From an uncultured Planctomycetaceae bacterium (lineage in GTDB: Bacteria > Planctomycetota > Planctomycetia > Planctomycetales > Planctomycetaceae), in the NCBI GenBank assembly GCA_963813715.1, contig CAWFAK010000007.1:288001-352000 (forward strand): 64,000 nucleotides of DNA. The letters are read 5' to 3'. Positions 21,891-32,776 of the stretch are shown piece by piece. The notes under the pieces are model-generated. The model saw only the letters and a program-made list of their open reading frames with translations. It searched no databases and had not been told where the DNA came from. How positions within the stretch are numbered: position 1 is the stretch's first letter; each line of letters begins with the position of its first letter. The translations under genes were made by a program, and so were the position numbers.

Positions 21891-21935
21891 CTGAACTCCA
21901 GGGCGCTGCACTCGAAGGCGCTGAACTCAAGGGCG
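21891..21935. repeat. Three imperfect 15-bp tandem repeats
   Basis: CTGAACTCCAGGGCG / CTGCACTCGAAGGCG / CTGAACTCAAGGGCG. Confidence 0.7.
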
Positions 21936-21974
21936 TGCAGGCACGACCTTTATAACGAGAGGATTTGTCGGGAA

Positions 21975-23769
21975 ATGGCGGTGTTGTTACAGCTCAAAAA
22001 CGCGACCAAAAGTTACGGGAACCAGGTGCTCCTCGACGACGCAGAGTTTACGCTGGTCGACGACGTGAAAGTCGGTTTTGTCGGCCGCAACGGCGCGGGC
22101 AAGAGCACCCTCTTGCGCGTCCTCCTGGGCGAGGAAGAACTCGAGCGAGGCGAGGTCATCTGCCATCCCAAGCTGCGCTTGGGCTATCTGCGCGCAGCAC
22201 GACCCGTTCCATCCCGGCGAAACGGTGCTCGACTTCTTGATGCGCGACAGCGAGCAGCCCGACTGGAAGTGCGGCGAAGTGGCCGGCCAGTTCGAGCTCA
22301 AGAGCGAGCTCCTCGAAGGCCCCGTCGCCAAGCTCTCCGGCGGATGGCAGACGCGCGTGAAGCTCGCCGCCCTCTTGCTGCACGAGCCCAACCTGCTGCT
22401 CCTGGACGAACCGACGAACTTCCTCGACTTGCGCACGCAGATTTTGCTCGAACACTTTTTGCGCAACTACCAGGAAGCCTGTTTGATCGTGTCGCACGAC
22501 CGGGCCTTTCTCCGCGCCACCTGCACGCAGACGCTGGAGCTGGCCCGCGGCAAGCTCACGATGTTTTCCGGCAAGATCGACGCCTTCCTCGAAAACCAGA
22601 CGGAGCGGCGCGAACGCGACGAGCGGACCAACGCCACTGTGCTGGCCAAGCGTCGCCACCTGGAAGAATTCATCGCCAAGAACAAGGCCCGCGCCAGCAC
22701 GGCCACCCGCGCCCGCTCCAAAAGCCGGCAACTGGAAAAACTCGACCTGATCCAGATCGATAACGACGAACCGACGGCGAAAATTCGCGCGCCGGAGGTC
22801 GAGCCGCGCAAGGGCCCGGCCGTCCGCTGCCGCGAAGTTTCCATCGGCTATCCGAATCGCGAAGTCGCCAGCCACATCGATCTGGAAATCGATCACGGCT
22901 GGCGGGCGGCGGTCGTGGGAGACAACGGCCAGGGGAAAACGACGCTGCTCCGCACGCTCGTCGACTCACTCAAACCGCTCGCCGGCGAAGTTCGCTGGGG
23001 TTACGGCTGCAACGTGGGCGTCTACGCGCAGCACGTTTATACCAGCCTGCCGGACAAAGAAACCGTGATGAGCTACCTGGAACAAAAGGCGGCCATCGGC
23101 ACCAAGACACAAGCCATTCTCGACCAGGCGGCCTCCCTGCTCTTCCGCGGCGACCATGTGGAAAAACCCGTGTCGGTCCTCTCCGGTGGCGAGCGCGCCC
23201 GGCTCTGCCTCGCCGGCCTGCTGCTGGCTCAACACAACGTGCTGGTGCTCGACGAACCGGGCAACCACCTCGACGTCGACACCGTCGAGGCCCTGGCGGA
23301 GGCGTTGCTCGGCTATCAGGGGACGGTGATCTTCACGAGCCACGACCGGTACTTCATGAAGCGCGTGGCGACCTGCATCATCGAGGTTCGCGATAGTCGC
23401 GTCGTCAACTATCGCGGCGACTACGAGGCCTATCTCTACGCCGTCAACAAAGAGATTGATCAGGGCGAGCGGGAGCGGGAAAGTCGCGCACGCCCGGCGG
23501 CCGCCCGGCCCGCGGCAGCGACGGCGGAGAAGAAGCCGTCCCGCCCCGCCCCCAAGAACGAGCGGGCCGCCCGCAAGGAGATCATCAATCTCGAACGGAC
23601 CATCGCCCAGCTCGACACCCAAAAACGGGCGACCAACGACCAGCTGCTGAAAACCACCGATGCGGCCGAAGCCCTGCGTCTGCACAACGAAGTGACGGCG
23701 CTCGCGGCGCAAATCGCCGAAGCCGAAGACCGCTGGTGCCAACTGCAAGAAGAAGTGGCCGCGGAGTGA
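21975..23769 (+). CDS. ABC-F family ATPase (apparent frameshift near 22190)
   Basis: Two ABC cassettes: GRNGAGKST/LSGG/LLLDEPTN and GDNGQGKT/LSGGE/LVLDEPGN; no TM; C-terminal coiled coil. Confidence 0.93.
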
Positions 23770-23809
23770 GGACTGTTTTCTCAGAGGGCCACTGAGCGAA
23801 ACCTGCGTT

Positions 23810-25081
23810 ATGACCGTCCCTGCCGCACGCGAATCCAGCAACGACCCGAGCAAACCGCTGGCCGGATTGCGGGTGCTCGACTTTTCGCATGCGCTCGCGG
23901 GGCCTTACTGCACGCTCATTCTCGCGGAGTACGGGGCGGACATCTATAAGCTCGAATCGCGCGACGGCGGCGACATCGGCCGCGGCTGGGGACCGCCCAA
24001 CTACGGCGACCAGTCGAGCTTCTTCATGGGGCTCAACCGCGGCAAGTTCGGCATCTCGATCGACCTCAAAAAGGCCGAGGGGATCGAGCTGTGCCTGCGG
24101 CTCGTCGAGACGATGGACGTCTTCCTCGAGAACTTTCGCCCCGGCACGATGGAACGGCTGGGCCTCGGTTACGAAGCGGTCGCGGCCCGCAATCCGCGGA
24201 TCATCTATTGCTCGATCTCCGGCTACGGACAGGACGGCCCCTCGCGCAATGAGCCGGCCATGGACCTCATCGTCCAAAGCTCGAGCGGCCTGATGAGTAT
24301 CACCGGGACCGAAGACGGCGGGCCGGTCCGCTGCGGCTACTCCGTCGCCGACGTGAGCGCGGGCATGTTCGCCATCATGGGGATTTTGATGGCCCTGCGG
24401 TCGCGGGACAAAACGGGCCGCGGCCAATACATCGACGTCTCCATGTTCGACAGCATGATCTCGGGCATGACCAGCTGCTTCATGATCTACCTGGGATCGA
24501 ACACGCTGCCGAAGCCGATGGGGTCGGCCTATCCCACGATCGTTCCCTACCGCGTCTTTTCCGGAAAAGATCGCGACTTCTCCATCGCGATCGGCAGCGA
24601 AAAACTGTGGACGGCGTTTTGCGCCGCCCTCCAGCGTCCCGATCTCGAGCACCATCCCGATTACGCCACGAACCGCCTGCGGGTGAAGAACCGCGCCGCG
24701 ATCGAAGGCCTGCTCTCCGACTTGTTTCGCACGCGTCTGGCGGCCGAATGGCTGAAGATCCTCGGCGCCCAGGGCATCCCCTGCTCGCTCGTCCGTAACC
24801 TTCGCGAAGTAGTCGAGGATCCCCAGAGCGACTTCCGCGGCCTGTTCCCGACGGTGCAGAATTCGCCCGTCGGCCCGCATCGCGTCACGGGAGCGCCGAT
24901 CAAATTCTCCCGCAGTAAGAAAGCCGCCAGCGCCGCCCAGTCACCGCGGACGGCCCCGATGCTCGGCGAGCACACCCGCGAGACTCTCGCGGATCTCTTG
25001 GGCCTCGACACCGCGTCGATCGGCAAACTGGTGGAGAGCGGCGTCGTGTTTCAATCCAAAGAATCGCGCGGCTCGACCTAG
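23810..25081 (+). CDS. Family III CoA-transferase (CaiB/BaiF)
   Basis: PLAGLRVLDFS..AGP, LNRGK, ENFRPG, SISGYGQDGP. Confidence 0.93.
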   Translation: MTVPAARESSNDPSKPLAGLRVLDFSHALAGPYCTLILAEYGADIYKLESRDGGDIGRGWGPPNYGDQSSFFMGLNRGKFGISIDLKKAEGIELCLRLVETMDVFLENFRPGTMERLGLGYEAVAARNPRIIYCSISGYGQDGPSRNEPAMDLIVQSSSGLMSITGTEDGGPVRCGYSVADVSAGMFAIMGILMALRSRDKTGRGQYIDVSMFDSMISGMTSCFMIYLGSNTLPKPMGSAYPTIVPYRVFSGKDRDFSIAIGSEKLWTAFCAALQRPDLEHHPDYATNRLRVKNRAAIEGLLSDLFRTRLAAEWLKILGAQGIPCSLVRNLREVVEDPQSDFRGLFPTVQNSPVGPHRVTGAPIKFSRSKKAASAAQSPRTAPMLGEHTRETLADLLGLDTASIGKLVESGVVFQSKESRGST

Positions 25082-25088
25082 CGGCCTT

Positions 25089-25140
25089 GCCACCCTCTCC
25101 GAGTCAGGGTGGCTGGGGCCGGCGTCCTCGCCGCCCCCAG
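25089..25140. repeat. Hairpins / GGGTGG-headed REP-like element between convergent genes
   Basis: GCCACCCT..AGGGTGGC stem overlapping GGGTGGCTGGGG...CCCCAG. Confidence 0.5.
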
Positions 25141-25244
25141 TCTCGCGACGCATTCCCAGCCACCACGCAGCGCAAAAAGAACGCGACTGGGCCGAAGCAC
25201 AGTCGCGTTCTCTAGCGCTCTTCAGAGCTGTTCGTTATCCGCAA

Positions 25245-25916
25245 TTACTTCTCGCGACGTTCGCCACCAGTGTTGGCCGGGCGCTCGGTCCCTTGCGGGC
25301 GTTGCGCACCACGGACCGTATTTCCGCGCGGCTGCGGCTGGGTCGGCTGAGTCTGGGTGCCGCGGTTCTCGACGCCGCGATTCTCGGCGCCGCGCTGCTC
25401 CCCGTTCTTCGGCATGTTGTTGTGGTCGCCGCGATAGAACGTCTGCACGCGCTGCTGAACCTTGGGATCGCGCAGTTCGGCGATATCGCGAATCCGCGGA
25501 AAATCGCGGATGCGATCACGGCCGAAGCCGAGCATGAACGCGTGACGGCCAAAATCGAACGTGCCCGCGCCCCACGGCACGGCCACCAGGCCGTTGTCCG
25601 CTGCGATCACCGCGTACTCCAGGCAACCGCTGTCGGTGAGCACGAAGTCTTTCACAGTCCCGAAGCTCGCGTTCCCCTGCAGCATCACGTTGGAGCCGAT
25701 GAGCGTGCTCCCCTGCAGAAAGCGATTCTGATCACGGCCGGCGTCACGAGCGTCCGGAGCGCCCGTGCGATTCTGGCCGACCTGTCCGTTCGGAGCGACC
25801 TCTCCGGCCGGCGGCGCGGCGGGACGACCCGCCTGGCCGAACGCGCTCTGAGCCGTCGGGCAAGCGATACAAGCAACCAAGGCGATGTCAAGAAGTTTGC
25901 GAGCGGAAACGATCAT
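25245..25916 (-). CDS. Secreted PRC-barrel domain protein
   Basis: Signal peptide; STLIGSNV..GTVKDFVL..G.LEYAVI..VAVPW PRC pattern. Confidence 0.75.
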   Translation of the reverse strand: MIVSARKLLDIALVACIACPTAQSAFGQAGRPAAPPAGEVAPNGQVGQNRTGAPDARDAGRDQNRFLQGSTLIGSNVMLQGNASFGTVKDFVLTDSGCLEYAVIAADNGLVAVPWGAGTFDFGRHAFMLGFGRDRIRDFPRIRDIAELRDPKVQQRVQTFYRGDHNNMPKNGEQRGAENRGVENRGTQTQPTQPQPRGNTVRGAQRPQGTERPANTGGERREK

Positions 25917-26066
25917 CGGGAAATCCTCTTTGGCAGTTGAATGAGGTTCGTTGAGTCAGGCGAATCAGTACCCAACCGAGGGCGGCACGAGCACAACCCA
26001 CCGGACGCGAGCAATCCGACTGCGTGGGATCTCGGCAAGGCCCGCGAAAGCAATATCGCGTTTGAA

Positions 26067-26082
26067 AGCACTTCATGTGCCA
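26067..26082 (-). promoter_or_regulatory. Putative sigma54 (-24/-12) promoter of the PRC-barrel gene
   Basis: TGGCAC-ATGAA-GTGCT with correct GG-N10-GC spacing, about 150 nt upstream of the start. Confidence 0.5.
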
Positions 26083-26669
26083 AATCACAGCTCGAACGAA
26101 AGCGGTGCGCCGGTCAATGTGCGCAGTGAAGTCAAAGTCCGCGGAGCGAAACTCGGGCGTTTCCGAAACGCCTCAATCTGAACTCATCACCTGTCGGCCG
26201 CCCGTGTGCGGCAAGCGGACGCCGCGGGCCGACTCGTCACAATCGGATCGCAGGTCCCCGCAATCGTTGCGACCTCAGCAACGGCCGAACGTCGGTTCGT
26301 GGCGCGGTCCAGATTCCCCGGCGTGCAGATCGGCCGCGCACCGACCGTCGGTGGGGAATGCCTCAGCTTGACGCTGTACATTGGAGCCAACTTCCCAAAC
26401 GCCCTGTGCAACCGGGGTCGGAATTTGGTATTTTTGACGGGCGACGACAGGTTCCGGTCCGGATCCTTTGCGATCACGCGCTTGGTCGAATTCAGGCCGG
26501 AACAACGCTTTAGACCGGTCGAAGCTTCGAAACCCGGTCTCTCTTTCGCGAGTACCGTGTAATACCAGACCGATCCGGTCGAATTAACGACAGGCCGAGT
26601 AAGCGAGTGCGGGACTCGCGGTCTGCCCTGTCTGTTACCAAGTCATTCCTGCCGAGTGGGGAGAGCTGT

Positions 26670-28627
26670 ATGCGATTGCGGGCCGTGTTCGCGGGTGTCG
26701 CGGTTGCGGGTGTCGCGCTGGGATTCGCCGCACAAGGCGAGGCCTGCGCGGCCGACGCCCTGACGGCGGCCAAGCTGGGGCAAAAGATCGGCGACGTCGG
26801 CTTTGTCGACGCGGCCGGCAAGAAGATCACGCTCGACGAGCTCAAAGGGGCCAAGGCCACGGTCGTCGTCTTTTTGTCGTTCGAGTGCCCCGTCTCCACC
26901 AGCTATTCGCCCGTGCTCAGCGACATGAAGAAGCATTACGCCGACCGCGGCGTCTCCTTTGTGGGCGTCTGCGCAAGCGAGGCGGAAACTCCGGCCACCG
27001 TCGCCAAGCGGGCGACCGACTTCGCCCTCGCCTTCCCCGTTTATTCCGACAGCCAGGGGCTCGCGGTCTCCGCCTTCAAGGCCGAGAAAACGCCCGAAGC
27101 CTTCCTGCTCGATCACAACCTCGTGCTCCGCTATCGAGGCCGCGTGGACGACGCGTTTGCAGCGCGGCTCAAGCGCAACCAGCAAATCAAATCGCACGAC
27201 CTCGAAACCGCCCTCGATGAAGTCCTCGCCGGCAAGGCCGTCAGCCGGCCAGTCGCCGAAGCCATCGGCTGCCTGATCGGCGCCGAAAAGCAGATCAAGA
27301 AGGACGGCGCCGTCACGTACTACCGGGACGTGCTGCCCATTCTGCAGGCCAACTGCCAGGAGTGCCACCGGCCCGGCGAGATCGGTCCGTTTTCGCTGAT
27401 GACCTTCAAAGAAGCGGTCAACTGGGCCGACGACATCAAGACCTACACCGAAACGCGGCAGATGCCCCCCTGGAAAATCACGGCCGGCCTGCCGTTCCAC
27501 AACGAGCGCCGCCTGAGCGACAAGGATCTCACCACGCTCGCCAAGTGGGTCGAGGACGGCACTCCCGAGGGCAAAGCCGCCGACGCACCGCCGGCCCGCC
27601 AATTCGTCAGCGGCTGGCAACTGGGCGAGCCGGACCTGGTCGTCACGCCGACGAGCGAATTCGTCGTCGGCCCCGGCGGCCCCGATTTGTTCCGCGTCTT
27701 CGTGCTGCCGACCAATCTGCCCGAAGACAAGTTCGTCGTCGGCTACGAAGTCAAACCGGCCAACCCGCGCGTGGTCCATCACACGCTCAACTTCATCGAC
27801 ACCACGAAGGCCGGCCGCAAGCTCGAAGAAAAGGCCCAGGCCGGCGAGAGCAAAACGAAATCAGAACACGGCTGGGACCGCGGCCCCGGCTATTCGTCCG
27901 ACATGGGCGTCGGCTTCTTCCCGCAGGGCGGCCTCGGCGGCTGGGCTCCCGGACAGCTCGCGCGGCAGATGCCCCCGGGTTACGGCTTCCTCTTGCCCAA
28001 GCACTCGGACGTCGTCGTGCAGGTTCACTACCATCGCGACGGCCGCGTCGAGCACGACAAGCTGCAAATCGGCCTCTACTTCGCCAAGTCGACCGCCGGC
28101 ATGAAGTCCTTCAAGGGCGGCGTCATTCCCGGCCGTTTCCTCGGCGATCCCCGCGAACGATCCGAACTACAAAGTCTACGGCTCGACGACGGTGAACGAG
28201 GACTGCATCCTGCACAACATCACGCCGCACATGCACCTGGTCGGCAAGCAGATCAAAGTCACGATCAAGTTCCCCAACAAGCCGAAAGAAACGCTGCTCG
28301 AGATCGGCTCGTGGGACTACAACTGGCAGGAAACCTACTTCCTCAAAGATCCGCTGAAGCTGCCGAAGGGCACCGATCCTCGACGTCGAAGCGATCTACG
28401 ACAACAGCGCCAAAAATCCCAACAACCCGAACAACCCGCCCAAGCTCGTAACCTTCGGCGAACAGACAACCAACGAAATGTGTTTTGTGTTCTTGGGCGC
28501 CACCTCCGAAGGCAAAGAACGCTCCCCATTCGGCAACCCCTTCGGCGGCGGCAACCGACGCGGACGCCAACGCGAAAAGGCCAAAGAAGCAGCTAAGAAG
28601 GCCGCGGAGAAGCAGGCCAGCCGATAG
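26670..28627 (+). CDS. Secreted redoxin + c-type heme motif + copper monooxygenase (PHM/DBH)-like multidomain protein (apparent frameshifts near 28145 and 28378)
   Basis: FLSFECP redoxin; CQECH; VVHH, QVHYH, PHMH, WDYNWQ and EMC motifs. Confidence 0.8.
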
Positions 28628-28657
28628 AGCAGCGACGGCGACAATCTGATTTCTGCA

Positions 28658-28694
28658 CCATGGCTGAGCGGTTTCCGCTCAGCCGTGGCTTTTT
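28658..28694 (+). terminator. Intrinsic terminator
   Basis: CCATGGCTGAGCGG-TTT-CCGCTCAGCCGTGG stem followed by CTTTTT, 30 nt after the stop. Confidence 0.7.
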
Positions 28695-28786
28695 GGTGCA
28701 GGCAGTCCGTGCCACGCACCGGACTTCGATTCTTGATCCAGGTCTGAGTCCTTGTTTGTGAACAGCACGCCATGGCTCGCTGGTCA

Positions 28787-29221
28787 TTACCACGGTCCAT
28801 CAGTGGGTGTCGGCCGTGACCCCGACTGCCATCGACCTTGCTCGTCACGATATCCTTGGTCAACGTCAACTGGATATATGGTCCCATTTTCGAGCACAAA
28901 GGGTCTGCGGCGCTGAAATTGGATAATGTGTCCCGCACTATCCACAGTGACTTCCAACATATGCCACCCAGTCAGACTCATCGGTGAGTCGGTCGTGTTC
29001 GGCAAAAACTGGTACCAGCTGTAGGCCGTATTGGCGTCGGGCGGCCCAAGCGCCTCGGTGATGTCACTCAACGATACGTCCGGCAACCGCAACGCCGCGA
29101 CTCTCGCCCATCTGTTCGTCAAATCATCGGGATTTCCGCGAGGGATGAATAATAAGGCGAGCAACGCGGCAAGCGCGACGGCGAACAACACGGCCAGTAA
29201 GTTCCGTCTCTTCATCGACAT
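28787..29221 (-). CDS. Hypothetical membrane-anchored/exported protein
   Basis: MKRRNLLAVLFAVALAALLALLF start; LGPPD motif; visibly lower GC than neighbours. Confidence 0.6.
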   Translation of the reverse strand: MSMKRRNLLAVLFAVALAALLALLFIPRGNPDDLTNRWARVAALRLPDVSLSDITEALGPPDANTAYSWYQFLPNTTDSPMSLTGWHMLEVTVDSAGHIIQFQRRRPFVLENGTIYPVDVDQGYRDEQGRWQSGSRPTPTDGPW

Positions 29222-29318
29222 TCCACTGATTGGCGGCTCACATCCAACACGACGCTATAGGCGTGATTTTGGTCTACGAAATAAGTCGAGCCACCCCTAA
29301 GGCCTCTGTCGCCCCGAC

Positions 29319-29463
29319 GGGTGGCCGGGACAACTTGTTGTCCCGGCTGCGCAGCAGCAAGAGCCTGCTCGCCGAAGTTCACATATGGCTGAAGCGGTCT
29401 GACGCCCGAGCGAGGCACCTCTTGTCGCTTCGCGACCCGGACAACAAGTTGTCCGGGCCACCC
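29319..29463. repeat. Inverted pair of GGGTGG-headed REP-like palindromes
   Basis: GGGTGGCCGGGACAACTTGTTGTCCCGG (29319-29346) and CCCGGACAACAAGTTGTCCGGGCCACCC (29436-29463); further copies at 31026-31053 and a degraded one at 30325. Confidence 0.75.
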
Positions 29464-29524
29464 TGACTCCCGGAATTCGATCACGCGCCCCGATCGGACG
29501 ATGATCGTTCGATCGCGTCCGCGA

Positions 29525-30019
29525 TCAATTCGGCGTAATTTGCGTTCCCTTCGCTGAACCGGCTCTCCGGGTTCGCGACAGTTCAAGCTGAATCCTGTCG
29601 CCGGCCGGAACTTTCGCCTCCCGCTCGTAAACCGTGATTTTCGGGTCAGACACAAACGCGATTTGCCCGCGCTCGATCGCGCGCCCGAACAGAAGAATGT
29701 ACGGCGTGAGGTCGCCTTCCAGGAGCCACGGAATCCGGCCGGAATAGTAAATCCGGTCGGTGCGCGACATGCCGACGGCGCCGTTGCTTTCGATGGTGGG
29801 CCGCTCGAGGGTGACGTACACCCGATCGGGCGTTGGCGCGGCGGTTCTGGAGACCCAGTAGCCATGCTGTTGCTTGAACTTCTCGCTGGTCGCCGCCAGT
29901 TCGTCCTTGAACAGATAACGACCGCGAGCATTCCAGCCCCCCTCCTGCGCTAAGATGGCCGGAAGAGCGCACACGAGGGTAAAAAGCACTCCGAGTGAGG
30001 CCATCTTCCTGCGTTTCAT
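29525..30019 (-). CDS. Hypothetical secreted protein, copy 1
   Basis: AAGGAG RBS, then MKRRKMASLGVLFTLVCALPAILAQ signal peptide. Confidence 0.6.
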   Translation of the reverse strand: MKRRKMASLGVLFTLVCALPAILAQEGGWNARGRYLFKDELAATSEKFKQQHGYWVSRTAAPTPDRVYVTLERPTIESNGAVGMSRTDRIYYSGRIPWLLEGDLTPYILLFGRAIERGQIAFVSDPKITVYEREAKVPAGDRIQLELSRTRRAGSAKGTQITPN

Positions 30020-30048
30020 GGCATTGGCTCCTTTGTGTCGAGCGCTGT

Positions 30049-30264
30049 TCAAAGTGTTGCGAGCAGTCGCAGCAGGGCGGGCGCGAACAAAACGCTCAGC
30101 AGTCCGCCGAGCACGGCCACCGCATTCTTACCGCGGCAGGTAATGAAAGTGGTCACGAATCCCCAAACGAAGATCGCGAGCAAGAGCACCAACTTGAGCA
30201 CGAGGCCAGAGAGGGGCATGGCCTTATCGTCCTTAGCGAGCCAACTTTGAGCCATATTGGGCAT
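30049..30264 (-). CDS. Small two-TM hypothetical protein, copy 1 (second copy about 30749-30963)
   Basis: MPNMAQSWLAKDDKAMPLSGLVLKLVLLLAIFVWGFVTTF..VAVLGGLLSVLF. Confidence 0.45.
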   Translation of the reverse strand: MPNMAQSWLAKDDKAMPLSGLVLKLVLLLAIFVWGFVTTFITCRGKNAVAVLGGLLSVLFAPALLRLLATL

Positions 30265-30343
30265 GCCCACGGCTCGCCGTCGGCATGTCTGATTCCCCCT
30301 TAAGGTACCAAGCGGACGCTGCGCGGGAGGCCGGGATAATTTG

Positions 30344-30719
<376 letters not shown>

Positions 30720-31158
30720 GGCATTGGCTCCTTTGTGTCGAGCGCTGTTCAAAGTGTTGCGAGCAGTCGCAGCAGGGCGGCGCGAACAAAACGCTCAGCA
30801 GTCCGCCGAGCACGGCCACCGCATTCTTACCGCGGCAGGTAATGAAAGTGGTCACGAATCCCCAAACGAAGATCGCGAGCAAGAGCACCAACTTGAGCAC
30901 GAGGCCAGAGAGGGGCATGGCCTTATCGTCCTTAGCGAGCCAACTTTGAGCCATACTGGGCATGCCCGCGGCTCGCCGTCGGCATGTCTGATTCCCCCTT
31001 AAGGTAACAATCCGACGCTGCCGCCGGGTGGCCGGGACAACTTCTTGTCCCGGCTGCGACAGGCCCGCGAAAAATCTGGCGAGTTTCTTGCATTCTCGAA
31101 ACAAATCCGCCTTCGAGCCGGTAGTTACGTCGTGACCTCGTCGGTCGGCCTTTCTGCA

Positions 31159-32327
31159 ATGCGTTTCTCCGGAGTCGTGATCCATGTGGCGTTCCGCGCC
31201 GTCTGCTCCGTCGCGCGTTCTTTCGCCGCCCCGCGTCCGTCGGGGCAAGCCGCTGACAAGCCCCCGCAGGCGGCGGTCGATACGCCGCAGCAAGCGGTTG
31301 TCGCCGCGGAATATCGCAAGTTCGAGAAGGTGGCCGCGTTTCTGCGGGCCCGCAACGCGGAGCAGTTCGGCATCACGTCCGCCAAGGGCATCGATGAGGC
31401 GAAGTTCGTGGTCCTCGGCGGGATCGAACAGTGGGTCACAATCCGCGGTCAGGACCGCGACAATCCCGTGTTATTGTTCCTCCACGGTGGGCCCGGGGAC
31501 GTGACCAACCCGTGGACGTTCGCGCTGTTCGCTCCCTGGCTGCGCTACTTCACGGTGGCCCAATGGGATCAGCGGGGCGCGGGGAGGACGCTGCGAAAGA
31601 CCGGCGCCGCCGTCGCGCCGACGCTGACGATCGAGCGGCTGGTGCAGGACGGCATCGAACTGGCCGACTACCTGCGAAAGCGCCTGGCGAAGGACAAGAT
31701 CATTGTCGTCGCCCATTCGTTCGGGTCGATTCTGGGCGTCCGCATGGCGCGGGCACGGCCGGACCTGTTCCACGCGTACGTTGGCACGGCCCAGGTCGCC
31801 GACGAAACACGCAATTACGCCGTCGCCTACGACGCCCTCCTCCAGAAGGCGGGCTGTGGGCGATCAAACTGCCGTCGACGAATTGAGCCGCGTCGGGCCG
31901 CCGCCTTACAAGTCGGGCGCCGGATTTCGGACGCAGCGGAAATGGTCCAACGCCTTCGAGGGCGCGGACAACTTCCTGTTCGGCATGATCGGCCTGACGC
32001 TGGTCGCCCCCGGTGGGTCGGCCCAGGACCTCAACGACTCCATCGACGGCCAGATGCTGAGCGGCGAGCGACTGGTGCCGCAGACGACGTCCCACCGTCC
32101 GCAAGATTCGGCACAGAGTTCTCCGTGCCGATCTTTTTCATCCAGGGAGATGAGGACTTCACCACTCCGACGTCGCTGGCGGCGAGTATCTCGAAACCAT
32201 CAAGGCGCCCCGCAAGGCATTCGTGCCGATTCCGGGAGGGCATTTTGCCGTATTCATCCACGCCGACCGGTTTCTGGCGGAGCTCGTGAAACAAGTGCGC
32301 CCCCTAGCGGTGCGGATCAAAAACTGA
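31159..32327 (+). CDS. Alpha/beta hydrolase (proline iminopeptidase-like), several apparent frameshifts
   Basis: LFLHGGPG, WDQRGAG, AHSFG nucleophile elbow, IQGDED, GGHF; start uncertain. Confidence 0.8.
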
Positions 32328-32629
32328 TCTTGGCCGAATCGCTCTTTTGTGGCTGAATAGGGATAGGCGACCTGCGGCTCAGCGATGTCGCTGCGCGCCG
32401 GCATTGCGCGTGGGACCGCACATTGGGTCGGGATAGAATTGTCCGAGCCCCCCGTGTGAACGGAGGGAGATGATCGATAGTCCCGGATTCGGTGCACGTC
32501 AACCGGAGCACGGGACGGGACAGAAAGATTGGGACGGGATTGATTGGGACGGCAGCGCACGGGTCGGGACACCGAGGTTGGGACGGGATACGACGATCTC
32601 CCGCGTCAGACCGGACCGGTCAATCGTTT

Positions 32630-32722
32630 GCCGGTGGTGGGGATCCCTTTTTCACTAAGCGGGACAAGGAATCCCCAACAGCCGGGACGGGACTCGGGGA
32701 CGGGACGGGACACGTTGTTTCA
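32630..32722 (+). repeat. About 92-bp direct repeat, copy 1 (copy 2 at 34168-34258)
   Basis: GCCGGTGGT.GGGATCC..TTTTCACTAAG...GGGACTCG.GGACGGGACGGGACACGTTGTTTCA on both sides of the IS. Confidence 0.8.
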
Positions 32723-32776
32723 CCGGGCTTTTGCCGCGAAAACGTGAGCGGCCGGTTCCGTAGGGCGAGCTGCCAG

